A DNA stretch of 64,000 nt from an uncultured SAR86 cluster bacterium (GTDB lineage: Bacteria > Pseudomonadota > Gammaproteobacteria > Magnimaribacterales > D2472). Both the position numbers and the translations under genes were made by a program. The DNA is taken from NCBI GenBank assembly GCA_902563835.1, contig CACEZB010000006.1:1976-65975 (forward strand), written 5' to 3'. The notes under the pieces were generated by a model. That model saw nothing but the letters and a program-made list of their open reading frames with translations. It did not search any database and had not been told where the DNA came from. Positions 1 through 11,808 of this stretch are shown piece after piece; position 1 is the stretch's first letter, and each line of letters begins with the position of its first letter.

Positions 1-204
1 TGCAAAATACTCAGCTGCGTGAGGTTCAGTAAAAAATACTATAGTTTTTGCATTAAATTTTTCAGAATTGTTCTTAATTTTTTTTAAAATCGCCTGATGT
101 CCTATATGGAGTCCATCAAAATTTCCAATTGTTCCGCATAGTTTTATATTTGGATATCGAGATTTAAATAATTCTAAATTGTGCTGCCCTCTTATTAAAT
201 ACAT
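1..204 (-). CDS. ribF: Riboflavin kinase / FMN adenylyltransferase, N-terminal part only (gene runs off the window start)
   Basis: Hand translation of the minus strand from ATG (202-204) gives MYLIRGQHNLELFKSRYPNIKLCGTIGNFDGLHIGHQAILKKI... This carries the GNFDGxHxGH signature and aligns with the E. coli RibF N-terminus. The frame is open to the window edge. It is not in the ORF track because it is truncated. Confidence 0.85.
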   Translation of the reverse strand, partial: MYLIRGQHNLELFKSRYPNIKLCGTIGNFDGLHIGHQAILKKIKNNSEKFNAKTIVFFTEPHAAEYFA

Positions 205-205
205 T

Positions 206-1774
206 TTAATTCAACAATGTCCTTAAAGACTTTCCATTTATAATCCGAGCAATAAAAAAATAAATAAATATAGAAGCTAATATTTCAATTGAAAGATAAA
301 AAAGTCGTTCAATTTGGTTGAATTCAATAAAATTTGTTTTTGTAGTATAAAAATTTAAAAAAACTATTAAGAATGCACTTGATATTAATATCATAAAGTT
401 AAATCTATTAAACATGTTTGTAATCTTAATAAAGCCTTGTTTATATAAAATAGTTTCAAGAATCAAAACACTTATTAGTGCTGCAATAGAACTACCGATT
501 GCTAAACCAATATGCCCAAACCCAAGAACAAATGCTAATAAATAATTAAAAAATGCATTTAGAACAAGTGATATAAATGCAACATACATTGGTGTTTTTG
601 TATCTTTTCTTGCAAAAAAAGCAGGAGTCAAAACTTTCATTAACATAAAAAATGGCAATCCAATAGAAAAAGCCATTAAGCTATAAGATGATTTGAAAAC
701 ATCTAATTCTGTGAACTCTCCTCTATAAAAAATAGTACTAATTAAATCTTCAGCACAAAAAAATAATCCTATTAAGGAAGGCACTCCTATGAATAGAACA
801 AATTTTTGTCCTTTTTTAATATTTTCAATGAATACATTTTTTTCTTTTTCTAAATCAATATTTGATAGTGTAGGAAGCAAAATTGTGCCTATTGCAATTG
901 CAAAAATGCCCATTGGAAATTGTATTAATCTGTCTGAAACATATAACCAAGTCGGACTTCCTGTTTCAAGCAATGAAGCAAAAATAGTATCTATTAACAA
1001 ATTAATTTGTATTATGCCTCCTGCTAAAATTGCCGGTAATATCAATTTAAAAAATTTTCTTAACCCTGGGTTTTTTATATCTAATTTTGGTACTGGAAGT
1101 CTATTTATACTTAGTAATGGAGATATCTGTATTAATAATTGAAGTATCCCTGCCAAAAGTACTCCCCAAGCCAGAACGTATATTGGCATATCGTACATAG
1201 GAGCAATAAAAATTGCTGAAACTATTAAACATAAATTAAATATAACTGGTGTAAATGCAGGTACTGAAAATTTTTGGTGTGTATTTTGAATTCCTCCTGC
1301 AAACGCTACCAATGATATTAATGCTAAATATGGAAACATTATTCTTAAAACATCAATTGATATGTTTTGTTTTATAGGGTCAAAATAAAAACCAGGAGCA
1401 AAAATTAAAATAAAAACTGGAGCAAAAATTAAAACTAAAATTGTAAATACAAATAAAAAAATTAATAAGGTGCCTGCTATAGCATTTAAAAAATCTCTTG
1501 TTTGGTCTAAATTATTAGATTTCTGATAATCTGTATAAATAGGTATAAATGCTTGATTGAATGCTCCTTCTGCAAAAAATCTTCTAAATAAATTGGGAAT
1601 CTTTAGAACTACTACAAAAATATCATGAAATACTGATGCTCCCATTAAATTTGTAGTTGCAATATCTCTTATGAGACCAAAAACTCTAGATAGTCCAGTA
1701 CCAGATATAACTTTTTTTAAACTACTAAAAAAAGTTAAAGAATTTTCTTGATTTTCTTTGCTGATGTTATTCAA
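206..1774 (-). CDS. murJ: Lipid II flippase MurJ (MviN family)
   Basis: 522-aa polytopic membrane ORF. The N-terminal ...[21 protein letters not shown]... matches the conserved MurJ N-terminus. The start is TTG (1772-1774), with no upstream in-frame ATG. murJ-ribF adjacency is as in Pseudomonas. Confidence 0.9.
   Translation of the reverse strand: MNNISKENQENSLTFFSSLKKVISGTGLSRVFGLIRDIATTNLMGASVFHDIFVVVLKIPNLFRRFFAEGAFNQAFIPIYTDYQKSNNLDQTRDFLNAIAGTLLIFLFVFTILVLIFAPVFILIFAPGFYFDPIKQNISIDVLRIMFPYLALISLVAFAGGIQNTHQKFSVPAFTPVIFNLCLIVSAIFIAPMYDMPIYVLAWGVLLAGILQLLIQISPLLSINRLPVPKLDIKNPGLRKFFKLILPAILAGGIIQINLLIDTIFASLLETGSPTWLYVSDRLIQFPMGIFAIAIGTILLPTLSNIDLEKEKNVFIENIKKGQKFVLFIGVPSLIGLFFCAEDLISTIFYRGEFTELDVFKSSYSLMAFSIGLPFFMLMKVLTPAFFARKDTKTPMYVAFISLVLNAFFNYLLAFVLGFGHIGLAIGSSIAALISVLILETILYKQGFIKITNMFNRFNFMILISSAFLIVFLNFYTTKTNFIEFNQIERLFYLSIEILASIFIYFFIARIINGKSLRTLLN
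1395..1442. repeat. In-frame 24-nt tandem duplication inside murJ
   Basis: A 16-nt exact core ggagcaaaaattaaaa occurs at 1395 and 1419. The two 24-nt units match at 21/24 positions. They encode the duplicated peptide LIFAPVFI / LIFAPGFY in a TM segment. Confidence 0.7.
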
Positions 1775-2153
1775 AATTTAAAGATGCTGAATTTATACAA
1801 TATCTCAAACCAGTTGGTTGAGGGCCATCATTAAAAACATGTCCAAGATGTGCATCACATTTTGCGCATTTTACCTCTGTCCTATTCATACTAAATGAAT
1901 TATCTTCAAATTCATTTATAGACTCCATATTAAGAGGAATAAAGAAACTAGGCCACCCGCACCCTGCATCAAATTTTGTTTTAGATTCAAATAAATTTTC
2001 ACCGCAACAAATACACTTATATATACCATCTTTATTAAAATCCCAATATTTACCTGTAAATGGCTTTTCAGTCCCAGATTGCCTTGTTACTCTATAACTT
2101 TCCTGGTTGAGTAATTCTTTCCATTCTTCATCTTTTTTAACTATCTTTGACAT
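1767..2153 (-). CDS. msrB: Peptide-methionine (R)-S-oxide reductase
   Basis: 128 aa with two CxxC zinc motifs ([21 protein letters not shown]) and the GLRYCINS catalytic motif typical of MsrB. Confidence 0.93.
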   Translation of the reverse strand: MSKIVKKDEEWKELLNQESYRVTRQSGTEKPFTGKYWDFNKDGIYKCICCGENLFESKTKFDAGCGWPSFFIPLNMESINEFEDNSFSMNRTEVKCAKCDAHLGHVFNDGPQPTGLRYCINSASLNFE

Positions 2154-2203
2154 AAGGTAATTGTAAATAAAAAGAGTAGGTATAGGTAGCTATAATAAAA
2201 CTA

Positions 2204-2923
2204 TTAATGAGATTTATCAGGGTTGATTAAACTTTTAATCCAATTTAAAAAAGTATTCTCTTTTAAAGAGTATCTATCAAGCATATCAAAATCATAAGCT
2301 AATTTTTTTGGATCTTTGAAGAAATCTTTTCTGGTATTGAACTCTTTTTCATCAAGTTTTTTTACTAATTTAGCAGGATTTCCTGCATACACTGAATTGT
2401 CTGGAACATCCTTTGTGACTACTGCACCTGCCCCAATGATACTGTTATTGCCAATAGTCACGCCTTTACAAATTATTGCGCTATCACCAATCCATACATT
2501 ATCTTTGAAAATTACTGGTTTTGTTTTGCCTACTGGTTTGGCTCTATCGTATATGCCGTGCCAATCTGCATCTGAGATATAAGCACCATGAGCTATCATG
2601 CATGCATCTCCAATTTGAATTTTTTCAGCTGCCATAATTCTAACGCCTGGTGTAATTAAACAATATTTCCCAATGATAATTTTTCCTTCATTGTCACCGA
2701 TATTCCATGAAGTGAATTCTATGTTCGCGTCAGATGCGCCTATTAATGTTGGATAATCATCTATTGAAACATTCTTACCAAATACTTTAATAAAACGTGG
2801 TTTGAAATAAGCCCCTCCTTTTCCTAAAAACTTAAATTGGGGTTTTAGAAAATGTCGAACATAAATATTTATACATTTGGTAGCAAATTTTTTAAGCCAA
2901 TATGGGCGGTTATCTTTTCTAAT
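2204..2923 (-). CDS. Hexapeptide-repeat (left-handed beta-helix) O-acetyltransferase, WcaF/LacA-like; probable ATT start
   Basis: The track ORF (2204-2635) begins in the middle of the LbH domain (IGDACMIAHGAYI..., VWIGDSAIICKGVTIGNNSIIGAGAVV). The same frame stays open upstream to a stop at 2948-2950 and encodes further family-typical sequence (...FKFLGKGGAYFKPRFIKVFGKNVSIDDYPTLIG...IIIGKYCLITPGVRI). It has no in-frame ATG, GTG, TTG or CTG. AAGGAG (2930-2935) precedes ATTATTATT. Confidence 0.7.
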   Translation of the reverse strand: MRKDNRPYWLKKFATKCINIYVRHFLKPQFKFLGKGGAYFKPRFIKVFGKNVSIDDYPTLIGASDANIEFTSWNIGDNEGKIIIGKYCLITPGVRIMAAEKIQIGDACMIAHGAYISDADWHGIYDRAKPVGKTKPVIFKDNVWIGDSAIICKGVTIGNNSIIGAGAVVTKDVPDNSVYAGNPAKLVKKLDEKEFNTRKDFFKDPKKLAYDFDMLDRYSLKENTFLNWIKSLINPDKSH

Positions 2924-2982
2924 AATAATCTCCTTTTTTGTAATTTTTTATGTGATAAAGTAGCAAAAAATAATAAATTAAA

Positions 2983-4335
2983 TTGATTAATAAATACATT
3001 ATAGAGTTTAAACAGCTAATAAAAATAGGCGTCCCTATTTTTGGCTCCCAAATGTCATATATGCTTATGGGGGCAACTGATGTAGTTGTTGCTGGAAGGG
3101 CTAGCGCAAATGATCTGGCTGGCCTGGCTTTAGGCACAGCTTTTGGCAATGCTATTTGGTTTTTTATTTCAGGTGTTATTTTTTCAGTAACGCCAATAAT
3201 TGCTCAATTATATGGAGCTAAAAAATTTATAGAGATAGGAAAAAAATTAAGAGAGATACTCTGGATAGCTTTATTTCTAAGTATTTTTATTGTCTTAATA
3301 TTTACAAATCTAGATTTAATATTAGACCAACTTCCAACTAAAAAAGGTATTACAAAAATATCAGGAGACTATCTTAAAGCAGTTTCAATAGGAACTGCCT
3401 TCTTTACTATTTATACATGCTTAAGGTGTTACAGCGAAGGAATGACATTAACAAAACCAATATTTGTCATTGCCTTCTGTGGAATGCTATTAAATATTCC
3501 ATTAGACATAATTTTTGTATATGGATTATTTGGAGCACCCAAGCTTGGTGGAGTTGGTTGTGGAATAGCAACATCCATAATTGGTTTTTTAATGATGATT
3601 ACACTAATTATCTACATCAATATTTCTAAAAATTATAAACAAACCAAGCCATTTTCAGAATTCACTCCATTCTCAATGGAAACAACTAAAGAAGTTTTTA
3701 AACTAGGCTTGCCAATCGGTATTGGAATATTTTTTGAACTAAGTATGTTTTCTGGAGCAGCAATAATTCTAAGTGTTTTTGGAGAAATAGTAGTAGCAGG
3801 ACATACGGTTGCAATTAATATTGCAAGTTTATTTTTTATGGTACCTCTATCAATTGGGTTAGCTGCAGCAACTAGGGTTGGAAACCTTATAGGCGAAAAA
3901 AATCCAAATCAAGCTAAATTCGCCTCATTCTCTGCAATATATTTGTGTTCTTTTACAGCATTGATAAATAGCATAATAATTTTATTATTTGGTTCATTTA
4001 TCGTTGGCTTATATACAACAGAGGTTCCGGTTAAAGAACTTGCCATAACTCTAATTTTATTTGCAGCTATATTCCAACTACCTGATGGAGTTCAAATGGG
4101 TGCATTGGGCAGTCTAAGAGGATATAAAGATACATTTACACCAATGATATTATTATTTATATCTTTTTGGATTTTTGCTATGCCAATAGGATATTTTCTA
4201 ACAAATTATGGTTTTAATAATCCTCTTGAAGCAAAAGGAATGTGGTATGGCATGATTGTAGGATTAACTATATTTGCTTTCTTAGCGATAGTAAGGCTTA
4301 GATGGATTATTAACAAAAATTTATTAACTAATTAA
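2983..4335 (+). CDS. norM: MATE family multidrug efflux pump (NorM-like)
   Basis: 450 aa with 12 predicted TM segments. The N-terminal ...[42 protein letters not shown] is typical of NorM/MdtK. The start is TTG (2983-2985); a stop lies 2 codons upstream. Confidence 0.85.
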   Translation: MINKYIIEFKQLIKIGVPIFGSQMSYMLMGATDVVVAGRASANDLAGLALGTAFGNAIWFFISGVIFSVTPIIAQLYGAKKFIEIGKKLREILWIALFLSIFIVLIFTNLDLILDQLPTKKGITKISGDYLKAVSIGTAFFTIYTCLRCYSEGMTLTKPIFVIAFCGMLLNIPLDIIFVYGLFGAPKLGGVGCGIATSIIGFLMMITLIIYINISKNYKQTKPFSEFTPFSMETTKEVFKLGLPIGIGIFFELSMFSGAAIILSVFGEIVVAGHTVAINIASLFFMVPLSIGLAAATRVGNLIGEKNPNQAKFASFSAIYLCSFTALINSIIILLFGSFIVGLYTTEVPVKELAITLILFAAIFQLPDGVQMGALGSLRGYKDTFTPMILLFISFWIFAMPIGYFLTNYGFNNPLEAKGMWYGMIVGLTIFAFLAIVRLRWIINKNLLTN

Positions 4336-5203
4336 TCTTGAGGACTTCTGCAACTTTGTTTCCGATTTCAACTAAGTTATCTGCCACATGCACACCGCAC
4401 TCTTTTAATTTAGAAATTTTATCTGCAGCAGTTCCTTTTCCTCCAGCAATAATTGCTCCTGCATGACCCATTCTTTTTCCAGCAGGTGCAGTTTGACCAG
4501 CTATGTATGAAATTACTGGTTTAGATATATTATTTTTAATATATTCTGCAGCAGCTTCTTCTGCTGTACCACCAATCTCTCCAACCATTACTATTGCTTC
4601 TGTTTGAGTATCTTCTTCAAATAATTTAAGCATATCTATAAAAGATGATCCTGGAATTGGATCTCCGCCAATACCAACACAACTACTCTGCCCGAACCCT
4701 AAATCTGTTGTTTGTTTAACAGCTTCATAGGTGAGTGTTCCTGATCTTGAAATGATACCAATAGAACCAGGTAAATGAATATTGCCAGGCATAATACCTA
4801 GCTTTGCTTCCCCTGGAGTTATAACACCTGGACAGTTAGGGCCTATCAATCTAGCCCCAATATTATCTAGATATTTTTTTACATCAAGCATATCTAAAGT
4901 TGGTACCCCCTCTGTAATGCAAATTATTAACTTAATGCCTGCTTCTGCAGCCTCCAATATCGAATCTTTGCAGAATTTTGCAGGTACAAAAATAATAGAA
5001 GCATTTGGCTCGACTTTATCTACTGCCTCTTTAACAGAATTGAAAACTGGTTTCCCTAGGTGCTCTCGACCTCCTTTTCCTGGAGTAACACCTCCAACAA
5101 TATTAGTTCCATACTCTATTGACTGTTCTGAATGAAGAGTTCCTTGAGATCCTGTAAAACCCTGGACAATTAATCTAGTTTCTTTATTTACTAATATACT
5201 CAT
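4328..5203 (-). CDS. sucD: Succinyl-CoA ligase (ADP-forming) alpha subunit
   Basis: 291 aa. CoA-binding N-terminus [19 protein letters not shown] motif and phosphohistidine loop MGHAGAII. 4-nt overlap with sucC. Confidence 0.97.
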   Translation of the reverse strand: MSILVNKETRLIVQGFTGSQGTLHSEQSIEYGTNIVGGVTPGKGGREHLGKPVFNSVKEAVDKVEPNASIIFVPAKFCKDSILEAAEAGIKLIICITEGVPTLDMLDVKKYLDNIGARLIGPNCPGVITPGEAKLGIMPGNIHLPGSIGIISRSGTLTYEAVKQTTDLGFGQSSCVGIGGDPIPGSSFIDMLKLFEEDTQTEAIVMVGEIGGTAEEAAAEYIKNNISKPVISYIAGQTAPAGKRMGHAGAIIAGGKGTAADKISKLKECGVHVADNLVEIGNKVAEVLKIN

Positions 5204-6360
5204 TTTGCTAACTCAACCGCTTTCTTTGCCGCATCAGACAAATTATTTATACTTTCAATTTTTATATTAGCTTTAGATAGAATTTTAGCTCCGATATCAG
5301 CATTATTTCCCTCAAGCCTAACCACTACTGGAACTTTTATATCAACTTCTTTAATAGCAGCAATAATACCTTTAGCTATTACATCACACCTTACAATTCC
5401 TCCAAATATATTAACCAAAACAACTTTTACATTTGGGTCTTTTAGAATGATTTTAAATGCTTTTGCAACACGATCTTGAGTGGCAGTGCCTCCAACATCT
5501 AAAAAATTTGCAGGATTGCCACCAAAAAACTTTATTGTGTCCATAGTACCCATTGCTAAACCTGCGCCATTTACCATACAACCGATATTCCCATCTAGTG
5601 AAACATAACTTAAGTCATTTTTTGCTGCCTCTGCTTCTCTTGGATCTTCTTGAGTTTCATCATGCATTTCTAGTAATTCTGGTTGTCTAAATAATGCATT
5701 AGTATCTATATTTACTTTTGCATCTAAACAATGAAGGTCGCCATTAGAATTAATAACTAATGGGTTTATTTCTAATAAACTTAGATCTTTTTCAACAAAT
5801 AATCTTAATAAATTGTCTATCATGGGAATGAATTGATTTGTTTGTTCATCATTGAGTTTCAAAACATTTGCTATATTCTTGGCATGCTCCGGTAAAGATT
5901 GATCTTTAAATTCAACACCTTGATAGATAATTTTTTCTGGCGTATTTCTAGCAACTTCTTCAATATTTACACCACCTTCACTTGATCCTATAAAAACAAT
6001 TTTTTGTGAATCTCGATCAATAACTGCACTTAAATATAATTCTTTTAAAATGTTGGTGCACTCTTCAATTAATATTGAATTAACTAATTGTCCATCTTTG
6101 TCTGTCTGATAAGTAACTAATTTTTGGCCAAGCCATTTTTTTGCAAATACTTCAGCCTGGTCTGGTGAATCTATTAACTCTACTCCTCCTGCTTTACCTC
6201 TTCCTCCAGCATGAACTTGAGCTTTAACTACCCATTTTGTTCCACCAATCTTATTGCATGCATCTATTGCGTTTTTCGCATCAAATATGACCTCTCCCTT
6301 TGAAACAGGTAAATTATATTCAGCAAATAATAATTTGCCTTGATATTCATGCAGATTCAT
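5200..6360 (-). CDS. sucC: Succinyl-CoA ligase beta subunit
   Basis: 386 aa. [16 protein letters not shown]-terminus with an ATP-grasp fold. Follows lpdA and sucAB. Confidence 0.97.
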   Translation of the reverse strand: MNLHEYQGKLLFAEYNLPVSKGEVIFDAKNAIDACNKIGGTKWVVKAQVHAGGRGKAGGVELIDSPDQAEVFAKKWLGQKLVTYQTDKDGQLVNSILIEECTNILKELYLSAVIDRDSQKIVFIGSSEGGVNIEEVARNTPEKIIYQGVEFKDQSLPEHAKNIANVLKLNDEQTNQFIPMIDNLLRLFVEKDLSLLEINPLVINSNGDLHCLDAKVNIDTNALFRQPELLEMHDETQEDPREAEAAKNDLSYVSLDGNIGCMVNGAGLAMGTMDTIKFFGGNPANFLDVGGTATQDRVAKAFKIILKDPNVKVVLVNIFGGIVRCDVIAKGIIAAIKEVDIKVPVVVRLEGNNADIGAKILSKANIKIESINNLSDAAKKAVELAK

Positions 6361-7775
6361 TGTTTTTTATTTCCTATATGAATCGCTTGATTGTTTGAAG
6401 CTAATGCAGCTTCGTGTAAGGCCTCAGAAACAGTGGGATGACTAAACATTGTTAAAGATATATCCTCTGCGCTTGCTCCAAATTCCATTGCAATTAATGC
6501 TTGTTGAACAATGTCAGCTGCTGCTGGTCCAAAAACATGAACCCCAAGAATGGCATCAGTTTTTTTATCAGAAAGTAACTTTACAAAACCTATGGATTCA
6601 GAAACAGCTAGAGCCCTTCCATTAGCTGCAAATGGAAATTTACCGATATTATAATCAATTCCGCTTTCCTTTAATTCATTTTCATTTTTCCCAACCCAAG
6701 CAATTTCAGGATGAGTATATATGACTGAAGGTACAAGATCATAGTTTACCTCGGTATGTTTCTCGGCAATTCTTTCTGCAACCATAATACCTTCTTCACT
6801 TCCTTTATGCGCAAGCATAGGACCTCTAACAACATCACCAACTGCCCAAATATTTGATACAGAAGTTTGACAATATTCATCAACTTCAATTAAACCATTT
6901 TTTATTGATACTCCAAGATCGTCGTTTAAAATATTGTCTACATTTGATGAGCGACCAACTGCCACAATCAATTTATCAAATTCCATCTCGATTTCATTAT
7001 CTTCTTTAACATAGGATAACTTTATAGAATTCTTCATATTTTTCGTGCTGATTACCTTTGATCCTAGCTGAATATCTAATCCTTGTTTTTTAAATTCTTT
7101 TAAAGACTCTTTAGAAATATCAGAGTCAGACATCGGAAGAAAATCATCAAGAGCTTCTAGAACAGTTACATTAGAGCCTAGTCTTGACCAAACACTTCCA
7201 AGCTCCAAACCGATAATTCCAGCGCCAACAACACCTAATTTTTTTGGTACTTTCTTAAAAGATAATGCGCCTGTACTATCAACTATATGCTTACTATATG
7301 GAGCAGCATTTATTTCAATTGGCTTCGATCCTGTTGCAACAATGATATTTTTAGCATCAATATTTTCTTTTGAGCCATCTGGTTTTGTTATTTCAATAAC
7401 ATTCTTTGAAATTACTTTTCCCCTCCCAGTTATTGATTCAACTTTATTTGCTTTAAAAAGTCCTGATATACCTCCAGTTAACTGAGATACAATTTCATCC
7501 TTTCTAGACATCATCGCATCTAAATCAAGTTTAAGTTTATCAATCTGAACACCATGAACGCTTAAATTCTTTTTTGCTTGGTAATATTTATGAGATGAAT
7601 CTAAAAGAGCTTTTGAGGGAATGCACCCTACATTTAAACATGTTCCACCAAGGTTTGGCTTTCCATTATCATCAATAGACTCTTCAATACATAATGTTTT
7701 AAAACCAAGTTGTGAGGCTCTAATTGCAGCAACATAGCCGGCTGGCCCACTTCCTATAACAACTACATCAAACAT
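6357..7775 (-). CDS. lpdA: Dihydrolipoyl dehydrogenase (E3)
   Basis: 472 aa. GSGPAGY FAD motif, redox-active [13 protein letters not shown], and C-terminal HPTVSEAL interface motif. Confidence 0.96.
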   Translation of the reverse strand: MFDVVVIGSGPAGYVAAIRASQLGFKTLCIEESIDDNGKPNLGGTCLNVGCIPSKALLDSSHKYYQAKKNLSVHGVQIDKLKLDLDAMMSRKDEIVSQLTGGISGLFKANKVESITGRGKVISKNVIEITKPDGSKENIDAKNIIVATGSKPIEINAAPYSKHIVDSTGALSFKKVPKKLGVVGAGIIGLELGSVWSRLGSNVTVLEALDDFLPMSDSDISKESLKEFKKQGLDIQLGSKVISTKNMKNSIKLSYVKEDNEIEMEFDKLIVAVGRSSNVDNILNDDLGVSIKNGLIEVDEYCQTSVSNIWAVGDVVRGPMLAHKGSEEGIMVAERIAEKHTEVNYDLVPSVIYTHPEIAWVGKNENELKESGIDYNIGKFPFAANGRALAVSESIGFVKLLSDKKTDAILGVHVFGPAAADIVQQALIAMEFGASAEDISLTMFSHPTVSEALHEAALASNNQAIHIGNKKQ

Positions 7776-7790
7776 TTTTTTTCCTAAATA

Positions 7791-8993
7791 TTATAAGTTT
7801 AGTAATAATCTCTCAGGTGATTCAAGCTGTTCTTTTATAGAAACTAAAAAAGTAACCGCTTCTTTTCCATCTAGTAATCTATGATCATAACTCATTGCTA
7901 AATACATCATTGGTCTAATAACAATCTCTCCATCTATTGCTACTGGTCTTTCTTGAATAGCATGCATTCCAAGAATTGCCGTCTGAGGAGCATTCAGGAT
8001 TGGTGTAGAAAGCAATGAACCAAAAATACCTCCATTTGAAATAGTAAAAGTACCTCCTTGCATTTCTTCAATCGATAGTTTTCCATTTCTAGCTTTTTCA
8101 GAATAACTTAAAATAGATTTCTCAATTTCTGGTAGGGATTTTGTATCTGCATCTTTGATGATAGGTACTACCAAGCCCCTTTCAGTAGATACTGCTACCC
8201 CTATATCTTGGAATCCATGATAAACAACATCATTGCCATCAATTGAAGCATTTACAACTGGAAATTTCTTAAGTGCTTGAACAACAGCTATTACAAAGAA
8301 ACCCATAAAACCAAGTTTGACTCCATGCTCTTTTTCAAATTCTGCACCATATTTTGACCTTAATTCTTTAATAGGCAGCATATCTACCTCATTGAATGTA
8401 GTTAACATTGCTGTTTCTTGTTTAACAGATACTAATCTTTTAGCAATAGTAGATCTTAATCGAGACATAGGTACTCTTTTCTCTGGCCTGTCATCTCTTG
8501 AGGTAGCATTTTCTGATAAAACGCTAGCGCTCTCTTTAGACTCTAAATGATTTACAACATCAGCTTTTGTGATTCTATTACCTTTCCCTGAAGATTTTAT
8601 GTTGCTAGCATCTATCCCTTTTTCAGAAATAATTTTTTTAGCAGCCGGTCCTGAATTCTTAGTTTTATCATTAACAATCTCATCTTTTTTATTTTTTGTT
8701 TTTTTTGTAGCAGGTTTATCAATCACTTTTTCTTTAACAGGTTCTGCAGCACCTTCTGATTCTTTAAATTCTCCAATAACCTCTGAACTAGATACTATAT
8801 CTCCTTCAGATTTTATAATTTTTGTTATCACTCCATCTGATTGCGCTAAAACTTCAAGAACAACTTTATCAGTCTCTATTTCTACAATAACCTCATCCTG
8901 ATTTACAGTTTCGCCTTCTTTTTTTAACCAATTAGCAATAGTTCCGTCAGCAACAGACTCTGGAAATGTAGGAGATTTGATTTCAATACTCAT
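7791..8993 (-). CDS. sucB: 2-oxoglutarate dehydrogenase E2, dihydrolipoyllysine succinyltransferase
   Basis: 400 aa. N-terminal lipoyl domain ([12 protein letters not shown]), E3-binding region and catalytic [12 protein letters not shown] motif. Confidence 0.96.
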   Translation of the reverse strand: MSIEIKSPTFPESVADGTIANWLKKEGETVNQDEVIVEIETDKVVLEVLAQSDGVITKIIKSEGDIVSSSEVIGEFKESEGAAEPVKEKVIDKPATKKTKNKKDEIVNDKTKNSGPAAKKIISEKGIDASNIKSSGKGNRITKADVVNHLESKESASVLSENATSRDDRPEKRVPMSRLRSTIAKRLVSVKQETAMLTTFNEVDMLPIKELRSKYGAEFEKEHGVKLGFMGFFVIAVVQALKKFPVVNASIDGNDVVYHGFQDIGVAVSTERGLVVPIIKDADTKSLPEIEKSILSYSEKARNGKLSIEEMQGGTFTISNGGIFGSLLSTPILNAPQTAILGMHAIQERPVAIDGEIVIRPMMYLAMSYDHRLLDGKEAVTFLVSIKEQLESPERLLLNL

Positions 8994-11794
8994 TTACTAA
9001 TTGCCTCATTGATTAAATCTTCTTGTTGTTGTAAGTGTAATTTCATGAGTCCGACCGCTGGCGCTGCTGCAGGTTCACGACTAACCAAATTTACCTCATT
9101 TTTTTTACCTAATCTATCTAAAACTCTTTGAATTCTATGTCTGTGACTAAACCATGCTCCTTGATTCTGTGGTTCTTCTTGACACCATACATATTCATGT
9201 ACATTTTGATACTTTGTCAGGATTTCTTCAAGGTCATCATATGGAAAGGGATACAGCTGCTCAATCCTAACTATTCCAATATCTTGTCGATTTTCATCAT
9301 TTCTTTTTTTTACAAGATCGTAAAATACCTTTCCAGAACACATTATCAATTTATTTACTTTATCTTTGTCTTTAATATCATCGTCAATTACACAAGAAAA
9401 GCTGCCATCTGTTAGTTCGTCTAAAGAAGAGGTTGCCATTGGGTTTCTCAATAAACTTTTTGGAGAGATAACTATTAATGGAGTTCTCATTTTTCTTATA
9501 ACTTGCCTTCTTAAAAGGTGAAATATTTGCTTTGGAGAACTTGGAACACAAACCTGAATATTTTCTGAAGCGCATAATTGCAGAAATCTTTCTATTCTTG
9601 CACTACTGTGTTCAGGGCCTTGTCCTTCATATCCATGGGGCAATAACATTACTAGTCCAGATAACCTTTCCCATTTATGTTGAGCAGAAACTATAAATTG
9701 GTCAATAACCACCTGAGCGCCATTAGCAAAATCTCCGAATTGAGCTTCCCATATTGCCAAACCAGATGGCCAAGTAGCAGAATACCCATATTCAAAACCC
9801 AATACTGCTTCTTCAGACAAAAGTGAGTCATATATATCGAATCTTGTATTATTCTTCTCAGCAATTTCTGATAGAGGAATAAAGCCCATCCCAGTTTCAC
9901 TATCAAATACACATGCGTGTCTATGAGAAAATGTTCCTCTCCTTACATCTTGGCCAGTGATTCTTATTGGATATCCTTCACTTAATAAAGTGGCGTAGGC
10001 CATGTTTTCAGCAAAACCCCAGTTTAGCCTTACCTCTCCATTATTCATTTTTAATCTTTCTTCAAAAATCTTAGATGCTTGGCTGCCTAAATTAAAAGAA
10101 TTAGGAATTTTACATATATCTTTAGTAAGTTTATTAAATTTTTTCCTATTAAATGTTGTATCTACTTTTGGCCACCATAGAACATCCATGTAGGGCTCCC
10201 AATCAAACCATAAGGAATCATTTGGTTTTTTTGCTAAATTTTTAGCAACACTTTTTCCACCTTCAAGAGATTTTCTATATTCTTTTTTAATTATTTTTAT
10301 CTTTTCTTCAGACAAAAGTCCTTCATCTTTCAAGGAATTTTCATATTGGCTTACAACAGATGGATGTTTAGAGATTTTCTTATACATTAACGGTTGAGTT
10401 GCAGAAGGATCATCTGCCTCGTTATGCCCTCTTCTTCTATAACAAAAAAGATCGATTACGATATCTTTTTTGAATTTATTTCTATATTTGCATGCAATCT
10501 TTGCAGCATTTATAACCATCTCAGGATCGTCTCCATTAACATGGATAATAGGAGCCTGTATCACCTTTGCTACATCAGATGAATAGTCGGTGGACCTAGA
10601 ATCGTTAATATTACTTGTAGTAAAACCTATTTGATTATTAACAATAATATGAATTGTTCCACCTACATTAAAACCTCTGGTTTGAGACATCTGAAGAGAT
10701 TCCATAACAACGCCTTGACCAGAGAAAGAGGCATCTCCATGAAGCAATACTGGAACAACTTGTGATCTATCTATGTCATTTATTCTATCTTGTCGAGCCC
10801 TAACAGATCCTAGAACAACTGGATCAACAATTTCTAAATGTGATGGATTATTAAATAATGAAACATGTACTTCACCACCAGGTGTATCAAAATTAGATGA
10901 AAATCCTAAATGATATTTCACATCGCCTGTGTTGGCTCCATCTAATTCAAGGTCTTCATTGAAAGCTGAAAATAATTCAGATGGAAGCTTACCTAGAACA
11001 TTTACTAAAAGATTTAGCCTTCCCCTATGAGCCATACCAAAACATAATTGGTTAGCGCCTAATGAACCACAATTTTGAATTACACTTTCTACTAATGGAA
11101 CAAGAGCTTCAGCACCATCTATTCCAAATCGTTTCATACCAGGGTATTTAGCAGAAAGATATTTTGCCAGACCCTCTGCAGAATTCAGTCTTTCATATAT
11201 ATTAATTTTTTCATCTTCTCCAAATGAATAGTCTTTTAACCTTGACTCAAACTTTCTTTGAAACCATCTCCTTTCTTCAGAATCAAAAATATGATTACAT
11301 TCAATTGCAATATTTCCACAATAACTTGCTTCTAATTGTCTAATAATTTCTCTTAAAGTTAGTTTATTTGAATCAGTAAAAGTATCTGTATAAAACTCTT
11401 CATCAAGATCGCTTGTTGATAAGCCATGAAATTCAATACTAAGATCTTCGACAGTCTTATGCTCCATCATCCCGAGAGGATCTAGATTTGCTTTAAGATG
11501 ACCTCTATTTCTATAAGACTTAATTAATCTAATAACTTTACCCTGCCGCTCATCTATTGATGTTTTATGTTCAGTGTTACCTCTAGAAATATTTTTAAAT
11601 TCTCTAATTATTTCTTGATGAGATATTTCACCATTAGAATTAGGGTGTTTTGGTAAATTAGTAAAAAAATCTAGCCACTCTTCTGAAAGGTCTTCAGGAT
11701 TATTTATAAATGTTTCGTAAAGGGTTTCTAAGTAGGCAGCATGTCCCGCTGAAATATGTGAGCTCTTCCAAAGCTCTTTCATAGATAAACTCAT
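8990..11794 (-). CDS. sucA: 2-oxoglutarate dehydrogenase E1 component
   Basis: 934 aa. Conserved SucA blocks ([35 protein letters not shown]). Positioned between sdhB and sucB. Confidence 0.97.
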   Translation of the reverse strand: MSLSMKELWKSSHISAGHAAYLETLYETFINNPEDLSEEWLDFFTNLPKHPNSNGEISHQEIIREFKNISRGNTEHKTSIDERQGKVIRLIKSYRNRGHLKANLDPLGMMEHKTVEDLSIEFHGLSTSDLDEEFYTDTFTDSNKLTLREIIRQLEASYCGNIAIECNHIFDSEERRWFQRKFESRLKDYSFGEDEKINIYERLNSAEGLAKYLSAKYPGMKRFGIDGAEALVPLVESVIQNCGSLGANQLCFGMAHRGRLNLLVNVLGKLPSELFSAFNEDLELDGANTGDVKYHLGFSSNFDTPGGEVHVSLFNNPSHLEIVDPVVLGSVRARQDRINDIDRSQVVPVLLHGDASFSGQGVVMESLQMSQTRGFNVGGTIHIIVNNQIGFTTSNINDSRSTDYSSDVAKVIQAPIIHVNGDDPEMVINAAKIACKYRNKFKKDIVIDLFCYRRRGHNEADDPSATQPLMYKKISKHPSVVSQYENSLKDEGLLSEEKIKIIKKEYRKSLEGGKSVAKNLAKKPNDSLWFDWEPYMDVLWWPKVDTTFNRKKFNKLTKDICKIPNSFNLGSQASKIFEERLKMNNGEVRLNWGFAENMAYATLLSEGYPIRITGQDVRRGTFSHRHACVFDSETGMGFIPLSEIAEKNNTRFDIYDSLLSEEAVLGFEYGYSATWPSGLAIWEAQFGDFANGAQVVIDQFIVSAQHKWERLSGLVMLLPHGYEGQGPEHSSARIERFLQLCASENIQVCVPSSPKQIFHLLRRQVIRKMRTPLIVISPKSLLRNPMATSSLDELTDGSFSCVIDDDIKDKDKVNKLIMCSGKVFYDLVKKRNDENRQDIGIVRIEQLYPFPYDDLEEILTKYQNVHEYVWCQEEPQNQGAWFSHRHRIQRVLDRLGKKNEVNLVSREPAAAPAVGLMKLHLQQQEDLINEAISK

Positions 11795-11808
11795 TTTATG
11801 TTTATTTT

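Noticed and set aside
789-1142. Long antisense ORFs in the six-frame track. Examples: 789-1142, 2316-2582, 4782-5135, 8317-8901, 17423-17782, 29144-29779, 43088-43366, 54492-54803, 57616-57882.
   Set aside because: Each lies entirely inside, and antisense to, a confidently identified conserved gene. Their translations are low-complexity with no recognisable motifs. They are shadow ORFs of the sense frame.
2919-3149. 76-aa minus-strand ORF spanning the acetyltransferase/MATE divergent region.
   Set aside because: It overlaps the well-supported 5' end of the MATE gene on the opposite strand. Its translation is low-complexity with no recognisable motifs. The acetyltransferase frame, a different frame, explains the upstream coding signal.
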